DNA from: a virus
Length of the DNA: 64,000 bases
IMG/VR virus record: IMGVR_UViG_3300031949_000010
Strand: one strand, 5' to 3'
A program made the translations under genes and the position numbers. Of this stretch, positions 47,478 through 56,064 are shown in pieces; the first letter of the stretch is position 1, and each line of letters opens with the position of its first letter. The notes beneath the pieces are model-generated. The model did not search any database. It saw only the letters and a program-made list of their open reading frames with translations, and was not told the origin of the DNA.

Positions 47478-47975
47478 TTAGTACGCCCCCATCCAGATTG
47501 CCGCCAACTCGTCGCGGGTGCCCTGGGACTCCGAGAACGCCGTCCCGAAGGCGTCGATCTTTCCCGCCATGAGGGCGTGGGCGTATCCGAACGTCCTGGA
47601 GGTGTGCCTCAGGAACGCGTCCCTCCAGGCTTCCGTCGGGAACCGGACGGAGTCCGCCGAGTACAGCCGGGTCTGGGCCTCGACGCTGCTCACGGCCATG
47701 TCGATCGCGGCCGCCGCGTCGCTCGGATTCCCCGCCCTGAGGGACTGGAGGAAGAAGGCGACCGCAGCGACGTGGTCCGCCATGAGGGCCGCTGCAAGGG
47801 GGTGCCCGACGATCTCACCCCAACGGACGACCAACTCCCAGAGAGCTTCCCGGGACACGGCCACCCGGGCGGCGTCTGCGGTCTGGAAGCCGGTGACGAG
47901 CTCCGAAACGAGCCTCGAGTGATCCACCCACCAGAGGGCGGCGTCCTTTGCGCGCTCTGTCGCCGGCGCCGTCAC
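47478..47975 (-). CDS. All-helical protein (165 aa) with spaced His residues
   Basis: LWW.DH...LMADH...FLRH pattern. Confidence 0.65.
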   Translation of the reverse strand: MTAPATERAKDAALWWVDHSRLVSELVTGFQTADAARVAVSREALWELVVRWGEIVGHPLAAALMADHVAAVAFFLQSLRAGNPSDAAAAIDMAVSSVEAQTRLYSADSVRFPTEAWRDAFLRHTSRTFGYAHALMAGKIDAFGTAFSESQGTRDELAAIWMGAY

Positions 47976-48499
47976 GGGGAGCCCTCCTCAAGTACCGCGC
48001 TCCCCCCCAGAGAGGCCCTTCGGGAGACGTCCGGCGGAAGGTGCGAGGACGGCCAGGTCTCGATCAGGTCCTCGGGGGCGCCGATTCCGCCATGGGGCGC
48101 GAATCCCTGCTTGGCGAGCGCATGAGCGTGTTGGGAGGCATGCGCCCAGTCCCTGAAGGCGAGCCCGCGTCCACGCCACCCGAAAACGACGAAGAACGGC
48201 TGGCCTGCGTCTGGGCGCTCGCCCAGGAGCGCCCGTGCCCGCACGCTGCGGGCGTGAGACCAGAGGGCCCGCCCTTTTGCCGTGGGCATCGGCCTCCCAG
48301 AACGCGTCTGCCGGACGAGGCCCCTCGATTTCAACTCGGAAAGATCGGCCGTCCAGCGCTCCCCCTCCTCGTCGCCTTCGCCATCCAGGAGCATGCCGAG
48401 AAATGACGCCATGATGTCCAAGTCGGCACGCTCGGCGGCCGCAGGGCGCTCCGCTACCTGCTCCACGGCGCGATCGAGTAGAACGGCGAAACGATCCAT
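47972..48499 (-). CDS. Hypothetical protein
   Basis: GTGA coupling to the downstream gene; start uncertain. Confidence 0.55.
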   Translation of the reverse strand: MDRFAVLLDRAVEQVAERPAAAERADLDIMASFLGMLLDGEGDEEGERWTADLSELKSRGLVRQTRSGRPMPTAKGRALWSHARSVRARALLGERPDAGQPFFVVFGWRGRGLAFRDWAHASQHAHALAKQGFAPHGGIGAPEDLIETWPSSHLPPDVSRRASLGGSAVLEEGSP

Positions 48500-48975
48500 G
48501 GGTAGTACGGCACCTGGCCCGTGGGCCCGACGGGGGACCCCGGGTAGTACGGCTGAACCCGCCCTGGCGCGGTCGCTTGGGCAGGTCCCATCTTCTCGAG
48601 TCCGGCTCGGAGCGCCCGCACGCGCGCGGCCAGCGTCGCATGCGCCGCCACAGCTCGCCGGCGCTCGTCCAAGCCCTCCTCAAGCCGCGTGGTGGCCTGG
48701 TCGTGCCGCTGGCCGACCTGGCCAAGCTTACGAAGCCATGCGGGCGTCATCAGCCGGTCGAGCGTCCCGTTGGAGAGGGCACGCCTCGCCTCGAGAGCCA
48801 TGGCGCCCATCCAGTCCGACGTGATCCTGTGGGCCTCCTCTCGCGCGCCCACCGCGGACTGGATCGAGGCGAGGATGCCCTCGGCTTTCTCCAGGTCATG
48901 GAGCGCGCGCGCAAGCTTCTCCTGCGCCTCCGCCCGGGCCCGGGCGTCCACCGGGGCGACCTGTCCCATCCTCAT
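48454..48975 (-). CDS. Coiled-coil protein with Pro/Tyr/Trp C-tail (family B)
   Basis: SD gaggagg; MRMGQVAP...QPYYPGSPVGPTGQVPYYPWIVSPFYSIAPWSR. Confidence 0.7.
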   Translation of the reverse strand: MRMGQVAPVDARARAEAQEKLARALHDLEKAEGILASIQSAVGAREEAHRITSDWMGAMALEARRALSNGTLDRLMTPAWLRKLGQVGQRHDQATTRLEEGLDERRRAVAAHATLAARVRALRAGLEKMGPAQATAPGRVQPYYPGSPVGPTGQVPYYPWIVSPFYSIAPWSR

Positions 48976-49017
48976 CGAGATTCCTCCTCGGCCGTTCCGG
49001 CCGCGTCAGGCAGCCCC

Positions 49018-49601
49018 TCAGGGCGGGCATTCCTTGGCCTTGCAGAGCTCCGCCGCCGCCTCTGCCTCCTTGAGCGTGGCGAAAGGCGTGGCCCGTGAGC
49101 GCCGTCGGGCCCTGCCGCAACGTCCCCCCGTCGTCCGGAGGAAACCCCTGAGGTCATTCGTAGTTGGGTCGAACAGCGCGACCACGAAGCCCTTCCCCGC
49201 GAGCCCCTCATCCACAACCGCGCAGGGCGGCATGGGCGCCCCAGACACTCCAGCCGCTGGACGCCGGCAGGACGCCGGCGTGGTCACAATTCCCTCCGGA
49301 GCGTGATCGAGAGCCTCCTGGCGTAATCGGGCCTTCCGTCGGCCTTCCAGACGCGGGCCTGCTCCTGAGCCTCCTCGACAAGCATCCGGAATCCCTCTCG
49401 GGCCGCCTCGATCCAGTGGGGATCCCGGCTGAGGTCCGCCTTCATTCCCTCGAAAATCGCTTCGGCGACACGGCTCACCCACGGAAGCACGGGGTCGTCC
49501 GTGCGCCGGATCATGGCGCGCCCCGCCAGGACGCGCTGGACCTCGCCTAGAACGGCCTCCTCGACCAAGTCAAGCGCCTGGGCGAGCGAGAACGCGGCCA
49601 T
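49018..49601 (-). CDS. Two small hypothetical proteins (49018-49287, 49284-49601)
   Basis: SD aaggag before 49601; GTGA overlap. Confidence 0.55.
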
Positions 49602-49603
49602 AG

Positions 49604-49909
49604 CTACTCCTTGCCCATGATACGGCCGATGATCGAGCAGATGTCGAGGAGCGCCGCGAACGCGCTCACAATGCCCACCGTCCAGCCGGCCGTCGACCAG
49701 AAGCCGGAGGCGATGATGCCGAGGTATACCCCGATTGCGCCAGTCGAGCCGTGGACGAGAAGACGCACGGCGTCGCCCACCCATCCCGGAAGCCCCATCA
49801 TCCCGTCCCAGGTCTGACCGAGGCCGAGCGGTGGCCGCGCCGCTGGACGCGCTCCAGCGAAGCTGGGCCGTGCGAAGCGGGCTGCGGAGTCGAGGATGGT
49901 CGGGGTCAT
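49604..49909 (-). CDS. Small multi-TM membrane protein with GLGQ leader
   Basis: ARFARPSFAG...PLGLGQTW; hydrophobic C-half. Confidence 0.7.
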   Translation of the reverse strand: MTPTILDSAARFARPSFAGARPAARPPLGLGQTWDGMMGLPGWVGDAVRLLVHGSTGAIGVYLGIIASGFWSTAGWTVGIVSAFAALLDICSIIGRIMGKE

Positions 49910-50844
49910 CGAGGGCCCCCGGAAGAGTAATAGTAGGGCATTTGGGGCTTCGCCGAGGCGGTGGGGGAGGTCGCTGTCGGCACCGCAACTATGACCTGAG
50001 GGATGATGGCCGTTTCAGGCGACCACCATTTTCTAATGTCGATCCTCAACCCCCGCATCCGGACGCACCAGACGAACCAGGCGTGCATGTCCGCGCTGGA
50101 TGCAAACTTCCCCTGCATGGTCTCCTTCAGTTCTCGCGCCGCGTCCTTCATCTCATTCTCGGCGCTCTTGACAGCCCCAGCCGGGGCCCTGCGAGCGGTC
50201 TGCGCGTTGTACTCGGAGACGGCCGTTTCAAGGTTCTTCGCCAGGATACAGAGTTCATCCCAGATGACGGGCACTTTCGCAGGCACGGCGGGCGCGCGGG
50301 GAACTCCGGCCGACGGGGCGGGGGTGGGCGTGGGAGCCGGCGCGGATACTGGCTGCTGCGGCTGAAGGGCGCGGAGAATCGCCTCCTTCTCCCAGAGGAG
50401 GGCCTGCATCTTCGCGCGTAGGGCCAGGTCAGTCTCGATCCTTGCCGCCCAGAGTTTGGCCTGATTTTCTGGGAAGTCGCGCTCGAGTTGCTTTATTCTC
50501 CACTCCTCGTAGCCCAGCCAGCCGCTGGCGCGAGCCGCCCGGAGCCGTTCTGCGTCGCGTTCGTAATCTTCCGCATTCCGGCGGATCGCCTCGTAGAGGT
50601 TGGTCATCTCCAAGTCGATCTGGTCGACGGTTTTCGTTGGCACGGCGGGCCGCGCGCTCGGGGTGGAGGACGTCACCGCTGCCGGAGGGAGTTGGGCGAA
50701 CCCGGGGCGGAGCCGATCCCACAGGCGGTTCAGGTCCTTGGAATAGTCCCGGTACTGGTCGCGCCAGTAGTCGATCATCGGCTGGGTCGCCGAGGGCGGT
50801 TGCCCGAGCGCCCTTCTCCGCGCATGAAAGGCCATCGGAAGCAT
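49906..50844 (-). CDS. Coiled-coil/Pro-rich protein (312 aa) with ALGQ leader and PYYY tail
   Basis: TGATG coupling; MLPMAFHARRRALGQPP... Confidence 0.7.
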   Translation of the reverse strand: MLPMAFHARRRALGQPPSATQPMIDYWRDQYRDYSKDLNRLWDRLRPGFAQLPPAAVTSSTPSARPAVPTKTVDQIDLEMTNLYEAIRRNAEDYERDAERLRAARASGWLGYEEWRIKQLERDFPENQAKLWAARIETDLALRAKMQALLWEKEAILRALQPQQPVSAPAPTPTPAPSAGVPRAPAVPAKVPVIWDELCILAKNLETAVSEYNAQTARRAPAGAVKSAENEMKDAARELKETMQGKFASSADMHAWFVWCVRMRGLRIDIRKWWSPETAIIPQVIVAVPTATSPTASAKPQMPYYYSSGGPR

Positions 50845-51308
50845 CAGAGCACCGAGAGAAGAAGTGAGAGAATCGTGGGCAACCCGACGCCGGCCACCGC
50901 AGTCAGCACGGGTGGCGCCGCCGGGACCCCGAGGAGTGGCTCGGCGCACTTCGCGAAGGCCTCGATCGCCTTGATCTGGGCTAGGTCAAGTGACATCGGC
51001 CCCTGGCCACCCTGGGAGATCCGGGACAGCGTGTCGATCGCCCGGTCGAGATCTGGAACCTGCTCGACCAGGTCCTTCATGCAGACATCGGCCCGCGCGG
51101 CCGCCTTCCGCTCCGAAGTCGAAGCGCCCCCCCGGGCAACGGCCTCGAGGGCCCGCGCGACGGCGTCCCTGGAGCTTCTGGCAAGAGCGAGCAGCCTTTC
51201 GGCCGAGGGCCGGTCCAACTCCGCCCGTGGCGGGAGCTCCGGCTGCTCCCGGACGTCCGGGGGCGCGGGAAACTCCGGCAAGGGCCCGAGATCACGATGA
51301 CCGGGCAT
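50844..51308 (-). CDS. Tail-anchored protein, paralog family A (shortest member)
   Basis: KAAARADVC...AIEAFAKC...VAGVGLPTILSLLLSVL. Confidence 0.75.
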   Translation of the reverse strand: MPGHRDLGPLPEFPAPPDVREQPELPPRAELDRPSAERLLALARSSRDAVARALEAVARGGASTSERKAAARADVCMKDLVEQVPDLDRAIDTLSRISQGGQGPMSLDLAQIKAIEAFAKCAEPLLGVPAAPPVLTAVAGVGLPTILSLLLSVL

Positions 51309-51528
51309 TCGCCTCCCTTGCGATCATGCTTCTCCTCAGCTTGAGCCCCACGAGCCGCGCGGCGAGGCTCTCGGCCCGCGCCCTTGCGCCAGAGCCCCCC
51401 GTGGAGAGCGCCAGGCGCTCGGCCGTCTCCACGGCCTCCTCCGCCGTCGGGATCGCAATCTCGTCCATATACCTCAGCGCCCAGGATGGGCTGGCCGGCG
51501 GCGGGCCCCCCATGAGAGCCTGTCCCAT
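51292..51528 (-). CDS. Small protein (78 aa), MGQALMG leader
   Basis: TGATG coupling. Confidence 0.55.
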   Translation of the reverse strand: MGQALMGGPPPASPSWALRYMDEIAIPTAEEAVETAERLALSTGGSGARARAESLAARLVGLKLRRSMIAREANARSS

Positions 51529-52499
51529 CAGAGAAAGATACCCGGAAATGCCTGAACGCGCAACCCCGCCCCGTAGGGTGGAAACCACGGGAAGGAAGGG
51601 GCTGAGACAGGAACGGTGACCTGCGAGCGCGGTGCCGGGATGGGAGGGCGCGGCGCGGCGGGCCCCATAACAAGCCGGTCTGACGGCGGGACGATCCGGA
51701 TGCTGGGGGGAGAGTAGGTCGCCCCCTTTGGGAGCGCGCAGAGCTCGTATCCGACCCGCTTCACCCAGGCGATTTCGGGCGCTGTCAGGAACTCGGTTAC
51801 TTGCTCGTTGAAATTGGACGCCTCACGCCGCGCTCGCTCGTAGGCGTCCTGGCCAGCCTGCCCCGTGGTCGTTCTGGCCCGGTTCTGCTCGCGGCAGATG
51901 AGTTCCCACTGCTTGGCGAGTCCCCAGAGCTCGCGCTCGCGGGTTCCCCGCGGCCACGGGTTCTGGCTCTGGCCGAGCGCGGCACCGGATCTGATGCCCG
52001 CCTCTGCGAGCGCCAGCATCCGCCCGATCAGGGCCAGGGGGACGTCGACCCTCGATCCCGGCGGCGTTGCAGCCGCCGTAAGGGCCTCGCGCGCTGCCGA
52101 CGAGGCTGCGGCATGGCGCACCGCCGAGAGACCCCGGGGAGCGGCCACGGCGCCCTCGTAGCGCTCCATCGCGCGGGCTGGCGGGGGAACGAGGGAGACG
52201 AGATCTGTGCCGGAGGCTTTGGCCAGCCAGCGGAGCGTCTGGCCTGAGAGCGATGCCGTGCCGGCCGGCGGGGGTGCCAACTCGTCCGCGCTCGTCCGGT
52301 CAACTCCTGGACAGTCCTCGGCGCGGAATGCGGCGAGCGCGGCACCGCGGCCGGCGGCATTCAGGCGGGACTCGAGGACGACGGCGAAGACATGCCGCCA
52401 GTTGTCTACTGCGGGCTTATTGACCCTCGACCGGGCCTGCGAGTAGTCGCGGGCGACCTGGCAGAGGGCGGCGACTACGTCCTTCAGGGTATCGGCCAC
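51528..52499 (-). CDS. Ala/Pro-rich protein (323 aa) with internal ALGQ and aromatic Pro tail
   Basis: SD gaggagg; ...SFPWFPPYGAGLRVQAFPGIFL. Confidence 0.65.
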   Translation of the reverse strand: MADTLKDVVAALCQVARDYSQARSRVNKPAVDNWRHVFAVVLESRLNAAGRGAALAAFRAEDCPGVDRTSADELAPPPAGTASLSGQTLRWLAKASGTDLVSLVPPPARAMERYEGAVAAPRGLSAVRHAAASSAAREALTAAATPPGSRVDVPLALIGRMLALAEAGIRSGAALGQSQNPWPRGTRERELWGLAKQWELICREQNRARTTTGQAGQDAYERARREASNFNEQVTEFLTAPEIAWVKRVGYELCALPKGATYSPPSIRIVPPSDRLVMGPAAPRPPIPAPRSQVTVPVSAPSFPWFPPYGAGLRVQAFPGIFL

Positions 52500-52508
52500 G
52501 GGACCTCC

Positions 52509-53318
52509 TCAGGCGGCAACCAGGACGGACCCCACGATGGGTAGCCCGGTTCCGATTAGTGCTTCGAGCCAGGGCGTACCTGCAGGCTCGGCTCCGGCCG
52601 TTCCGAGCGCCTCCTCTACGCAGCGGGCGAAGGCCTCGAGCGCCTCCGCCTGAGCAGGCGACACGCGTGCGGGACGCCCTTCTATCTTCGCGGCGCAGAG
52701 TTCGTCGACCAGCCGACGGAGCTCCCCAACTTGCGTTCGGAGTTCGATCAGGCATCTCTCTCCGGCAGCCGCCGCGCCCTTCTCGGCCGCCGTCGCGCTG
52801 CACCTCCGAGCGCGGATCCGGGCACGCTCTATCTGGATCCAAGCGGTTTCCGAGAGCTCGAGGATGCGGGTCACGATGCCGATCTCGATCATTCCCACTC
52901 CCGGGATCGGGGGCACCTTGGCGGGCGGCGGCGGACGGATGAAAGGTGGAAGAATGGCGGTGGGCGGGATCACGGGCCGCGGCCGAGGTGGAATGGGCGG
53001 TCCGATGATCGGAGGAGACGTGGGCGGCGGCGGCATGATTTCAACCGTTGGCGGAGGCGCGAGCGACGGTGCCGGCGGGACGACGGGCGATGGGGGAGCT
53101 CCGCCCGGGACGCAAATGGGGCACGGAGGCTCATTCTGGGGCTTCGCCGTGCTGACCCAGGTGAGGATGCACTTCCCGGTGCCAGTGTCATAGCACTTGA
53201 CGAGACCGCCTTCCTGGCAGCACTGGATCTGCCCCAGGCCCGCCTGGCCCATCAGCCAGTGCATCGTCTTGTGGCTCAGGCTGACGTATTCCTTTCCCAT
53301 GCTCGCCATCTTCGTCAC
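52509..53318 (-). CDS. Family A: Cys-rich head, Pro stalk, helical domain, TM anchor
   Basis: GLGQIQCC...; GAAAAGERC...ALEAFARC...IGTGLPIVGSVLVAA. Confidence 0.8.
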   Translation of the reverse strand: MTKMASMGKEYVSLSHKTMHWLMGQAGLGQIQCCQEGGLVKCYDTGTGKCILTWVSTAKPQNEPPCPICVPGGAPPSPVVPPAPSLAPPPTVEIMPPPPTSPPIIGPPIPPRPRPVIPPTAILPPFIRPPPPAKVPPIPGVGMIEIGIVTRILELSETAWIQIERARIRARRCSATAAEKGAAAAGERCLIELRTQVGELRRLVDELCAAKIEGRPARVSPAQAEALEAFARCVEEALGTAGAEPAGTPWLEALIGTGLPIVGSVLVAA

Positions 53319-54094
53319 GCCGCAATCAGGATGGAGGCGGCCGCCGGCAACGCGACGCCCGCAACGGCCTTGAGCCAGTTGGGCGAGGAGTCGGGCGCGA
53401 TCGCCGCAATCTCGCCCAGACAGGCAACCAGAGTCTCGAGGGCCCCGACCTGCCGCGCGTTCAAGCGCGCCGCCCTACCCGCCCTCTTGGCGGCACAGAG
53501 CTCGCCGACTGCCGCTGAAAGCGTGCCGGCGGCGACCGTGAAGCCGGCTAGGCACTGCTTCGCCTGCGTTGCGGCCATCTTGTCGGATTCACTCGCCCCG
53601 CAGCGCTGCCCGCGCAGAATGGCCGCCTCGGCGCTCTCCCATGCCGCCTCTGCCTTGGAAAGGATGCCTTCGACTGCTGCCGTGTCGACTGGTCCCGTTG
53701 GCCCGGTCGGAGGAGGCGGCCGCGATGGCGTGAAGGGAAATTGCCCGCCTGGAAAGCCCTGCCCAGGCGGTGGTGCCCATGGGAAAACGCCCGGAAAGAA
53801 CGTGGGCGGCGGGACCGGGGGACCCAGGGGTGCCCCTCCTCCCCAACCAGGGTCAGGGCGGGGATCTCCGGCCCCCGGGGGGGCGGGAATGCCTCCGCCG
53901 CCGGTCGTCAGGTCGATGGTGCCCGTTCCGCCCCCTCCCGCGCCCCCGCCGGCGTCAGCGCCTCCGGGAGCAGGCGCGCCTCCCGGGACGCACGTGAAGC
54001 TCTCGGTGAGGTTGTCAGGGCTTATCGTGACCTGAGGAACCATACCCGGAGGGCACTGCTGGCCGAGGGCCATCGAAAGACGGACAGGCATCAT
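53315..54094 (-). CDS. Family A: two-Cys head, Gly/Pro stalk, helical domain, TM anchor
   Basis: MALGQQCPPG...; KMAATQAKQC...ALETLVAC...VAGVALPAAASILIAA. Confidence 0.8.
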   Translation of the reverse strand: MMPVRLSMALGQQCPPGMVPQVTISPDNLTESFTCVPGGAPAPGGADAGGGAGGGGTGTIDLTTGGGGIPAPPGAGDPRPDPGWGGGAPLGPPVPPPTFFPGVFPWAPPPGQGFPGGQFPFTPSRPPPPTGPTGPVDTAAVEGILSKAEAAWESAEAAILRGQRCGASESDKMAATQAKQCLAGFTVAAGTLSAAVGELCAAKRAGRAARLNARQVGALETLVACLGEIAAIAPDSSPNWLKAVAGVALPAAASILIAA

Positions 54095-54103
54095 GGGAGT
54101 CTC

Positions 54104-54394
54104 CTAGCTTCCGCTCGCGGCGACCCAGACGAGCATTCCGCCGCCGACGGTGATCCTAAAGAGCCTGAAAACGGTGGACCAGCCGCCCTGGTCCTGGGAC
54201 GCGAAGAGCGACACGAGGCCCTCGCCGACCAGGACGACGCCCGAGACCGCCAGGGCGACGCCAAGGGCACTCGTCAGGGGCACCTTCGGTACGGTGTGGC
54301 CCTCGAAGATGATGGCCGGCACGCTCGATCGCGCGCGGGAGATCCCCGTGGTTCGGCCTCCGAAGGAGGGGCTCGCGAAGGCGCGCTGCCGCAT
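54104..54394 (-). CDS. Small two-TM membrane protein (96 aa)
   Basis: MRQRAFASPSFGG...; ALGVALAVSGVVLVGEGLV; FRITVGGGMLVWVAA. Confidence 0.65.
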   Translation of the reverse strand: MRQRAFASPSFGGRTTGISRARSSVPAIIFEGHTVPKVPLTSALGVALAVSGVVLVGEGLVSLFASQDQGGWSTVFRLFRITVGGGMLVWVAASGS

Positions 54395-54396
54395 TC

Positions 54397-54810
54397 TCAC
54401 CGTCCCTTCGTCTTGAGCTCGCAGAAGGCCTGATCCCGAAGCCAGTTCATGTCGGCCCCCGCAGCCCTTTTCGTGCCTGGGTCGGCGGTCTTGTTTCGGA
54501 GTAGGTTGAGCCTGCGAATCGCCTCTCCGCACCCATCCGCGTCCACGACCTTCCGCAGGATCCCGTGCCTCGTGCGCGGGGCCATCTTCTTCTTCCAGCC
54601 GCGGAGCCCGCCTGGCCGGATCTCAGGGAGCGTCCTCCGTGAGGGTGGCGTCTTCCCGGGCGCGCCGGTGTCCGGAACGCAGCCGGCGGAGACCTGGACG
54701 CCCTGCTTCGTCGTGTAGGCGCGCCGCAGGATGAACTGGGGTGGGCAGGTCCTCGCGGCCCCCAGCCGGAGGTCTCCCAGCGTGCTCGGGAGCGCCCTAT
54801 TCTTGCCCAC
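54397..54810 (-). CDS. Basic DUF5771-like protein (NCLDV-type), 137 aa
   Basis: CPPQFILRRAYTTKQG..V...CVPDTGAPGK...RHGILRKVV...G....IRRLNLL......ADMNWLR. Confidence 0.75.
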   Translation of the reverse strand: MGKNRALPSTLGDLRLGAARTCPPQFILRRAYTTKQGVQVSAGCVPDTGAPGKTPPSRRTLPEIRPGGLRGWKKKMAPRTRHGILRKVVDADGCGEAIRRLNLLRNKTADPGTKRAAGADMNWLRDQAFCELKTKGR

Positions 54811-54871
54811 GTCTCCCTCTACTGTACCCTGGAAGTCTAGCCGACGTGGGGTGCGGCGTCAACGCCTACGA

Positions 54872-55207
54872 CTACCCCTGGTAGCCCAAGGAGCCGATCG
54901 TCAGCGTGTAACCGTCGAAGAGGACGTACCCCGTGGCTTCCCCACGGACGGGACGCGCTTCCATGGTTTCGACGTTGATGGAGACCGCCGCGCCATGGTA
55001 GAACTCGATGGCGCTCGCGATGTCGCGCATGAAGGGAAGTACGGCGTCCCTCGGGATGGGCGGCTCGTCAGCCGCCTTCGCGGCCAGGATGATCTTCATC
55101 TCGAACGGCGACTTCCAATGCTTCCCGTGCGCCCTCTCGATCAGAGTGAAGAGGACGCGATTCCTGACGACTTCCACTGGGTCGGGCATGTCGAAGACGT
55201 CGCCCAC
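54872..55207 (-). CDS. Phage hypothetical protein (HWKSP...AIEFYHG...GY)
   Basis: SD aggaggg before GTG 55207. Confidence 0.65.
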   Translation of the reverse strand: MGDVFDMPDPVEVVRNRVLFTLIERAHGKHWKSPFEMKIILAAKAADEPPIPRDAVLPFMRDIASAIEFYHGAAVSINVETMEARPVRGEATGYVLFDGYTLTIGSLGYQG

Positions 55208-55218
55208 TTTCCCTCCTC

Positions 55219-55638
55219 CTATGTAGTCGGACCACCATAGGCCATCGGCCCGGTCGAGAACATCGGTCCGAATCCGAATGGAATTCGCATCGGGTAAGGT
55301 CTGACTGGGTAATCGACTGGATACGGCTGCTGCCCATAGGTGGGCCCCGGAGGAGGAGGAGCCTGTGCAGGACGGAATGGGGAAGAGGTGCCTCTGGGCC
55401 GGCACTGCTCGTACATCCGCTTGTGCTCCTCGTACTTCTTTCCGGCGTCCCGAGCAATCGTAGCGGCTTGGTCGGCCGCACCCTTGTCTCCGCGCGCCAA
55501 GGCCTCGCGCATCTGTCGGCTGAACTCGGCGATCTTCTTGGCGTAGATCGCCATGGCGTCCTGGTGCGGCTTGCACGGATCGTACTGACTCAGCGCGGGC
55601 GAGCCCATCCAGAAGGACCTGCGCGTCGAATCGAACAT
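55219..55638 (-). CDS. Coiled-coil protein with Cys pair and Pro/Tyr/Phe tail (family B)
   Basis: WMGSPALSQYDPC...YEQC...PYPMRIPFGFGP. Confidence 0.7.
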   Translation of the reverse strand: MFDSTRRSFWMGSPALSQYDPCKPHQDAMAIYAKKIAEFSRQMREALARGDKGAADQAATIARDAGKKYEEHKRMYEQCRPRGTSSPFRPAQAPPPPGPTYGQQPYPVDYPVRPYPMRIPFGFGPMFSTGPMAYGGPTT

Positions 55639-55656
55639 GCGCGTCTCCTGATCTCG

Positions 55657-56064
55657 CTAGAGTTCGTATTTCCGTAGGAAGTCTAGGTAATCGGCCTGAG
55701 CCGGTCCACCTTCCATTTCCGAACGAACGAGGTAGGCCTCGTAGTCCTCCCTGCTGAGGTGGCTTGGTCGACGAAGCCCCGCATGGAAAATCAACTCGTC
55801 CTGGACATGTGGACCGATGAGCCCCGCCTTTCTTGCATCATCGTACCGGAGCTCGTATCGTCCGTCGTAGGTCTGCCCGTCCTCCCACGAGATCCGGAAG
55901 TCGACTTTGTCGATGCTTCCATCCTTAGGAGCCGTTCTTGCCCACCGTTTCAGGTGGGCGTCAGCGGCCTCCAAGGAATCGACCGTGTGCTGGCCGAGGT
56001 CTTTCGTCGGACCCTCGGCTCGGCGAACCCAGACGTTCCGCACCCTGATCTTGTCCATAGTCAA
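55657..56064 (-). CDS. Hypothetical protein, possibly LPD25-like
   Basis: APKDGSIDKVDFRISWEDGQTYDGRYEL resembles the recalled GYDK.DF...DG..Y.GR.DL motif. Confidence 0.6.
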   Translation of the reverse strand: MTMDKIRVRNVWVRRAEGPTKDLGQHTVDSLEAADAHLKRWARTAPKDGSIDKVDFRISWEDGQTYDGRYELRYDDARKAGLIGPHVQDELIFHAGLRRPSHLSREDYEAYLVRSEMEGGPAQADYLDFLRKYEL

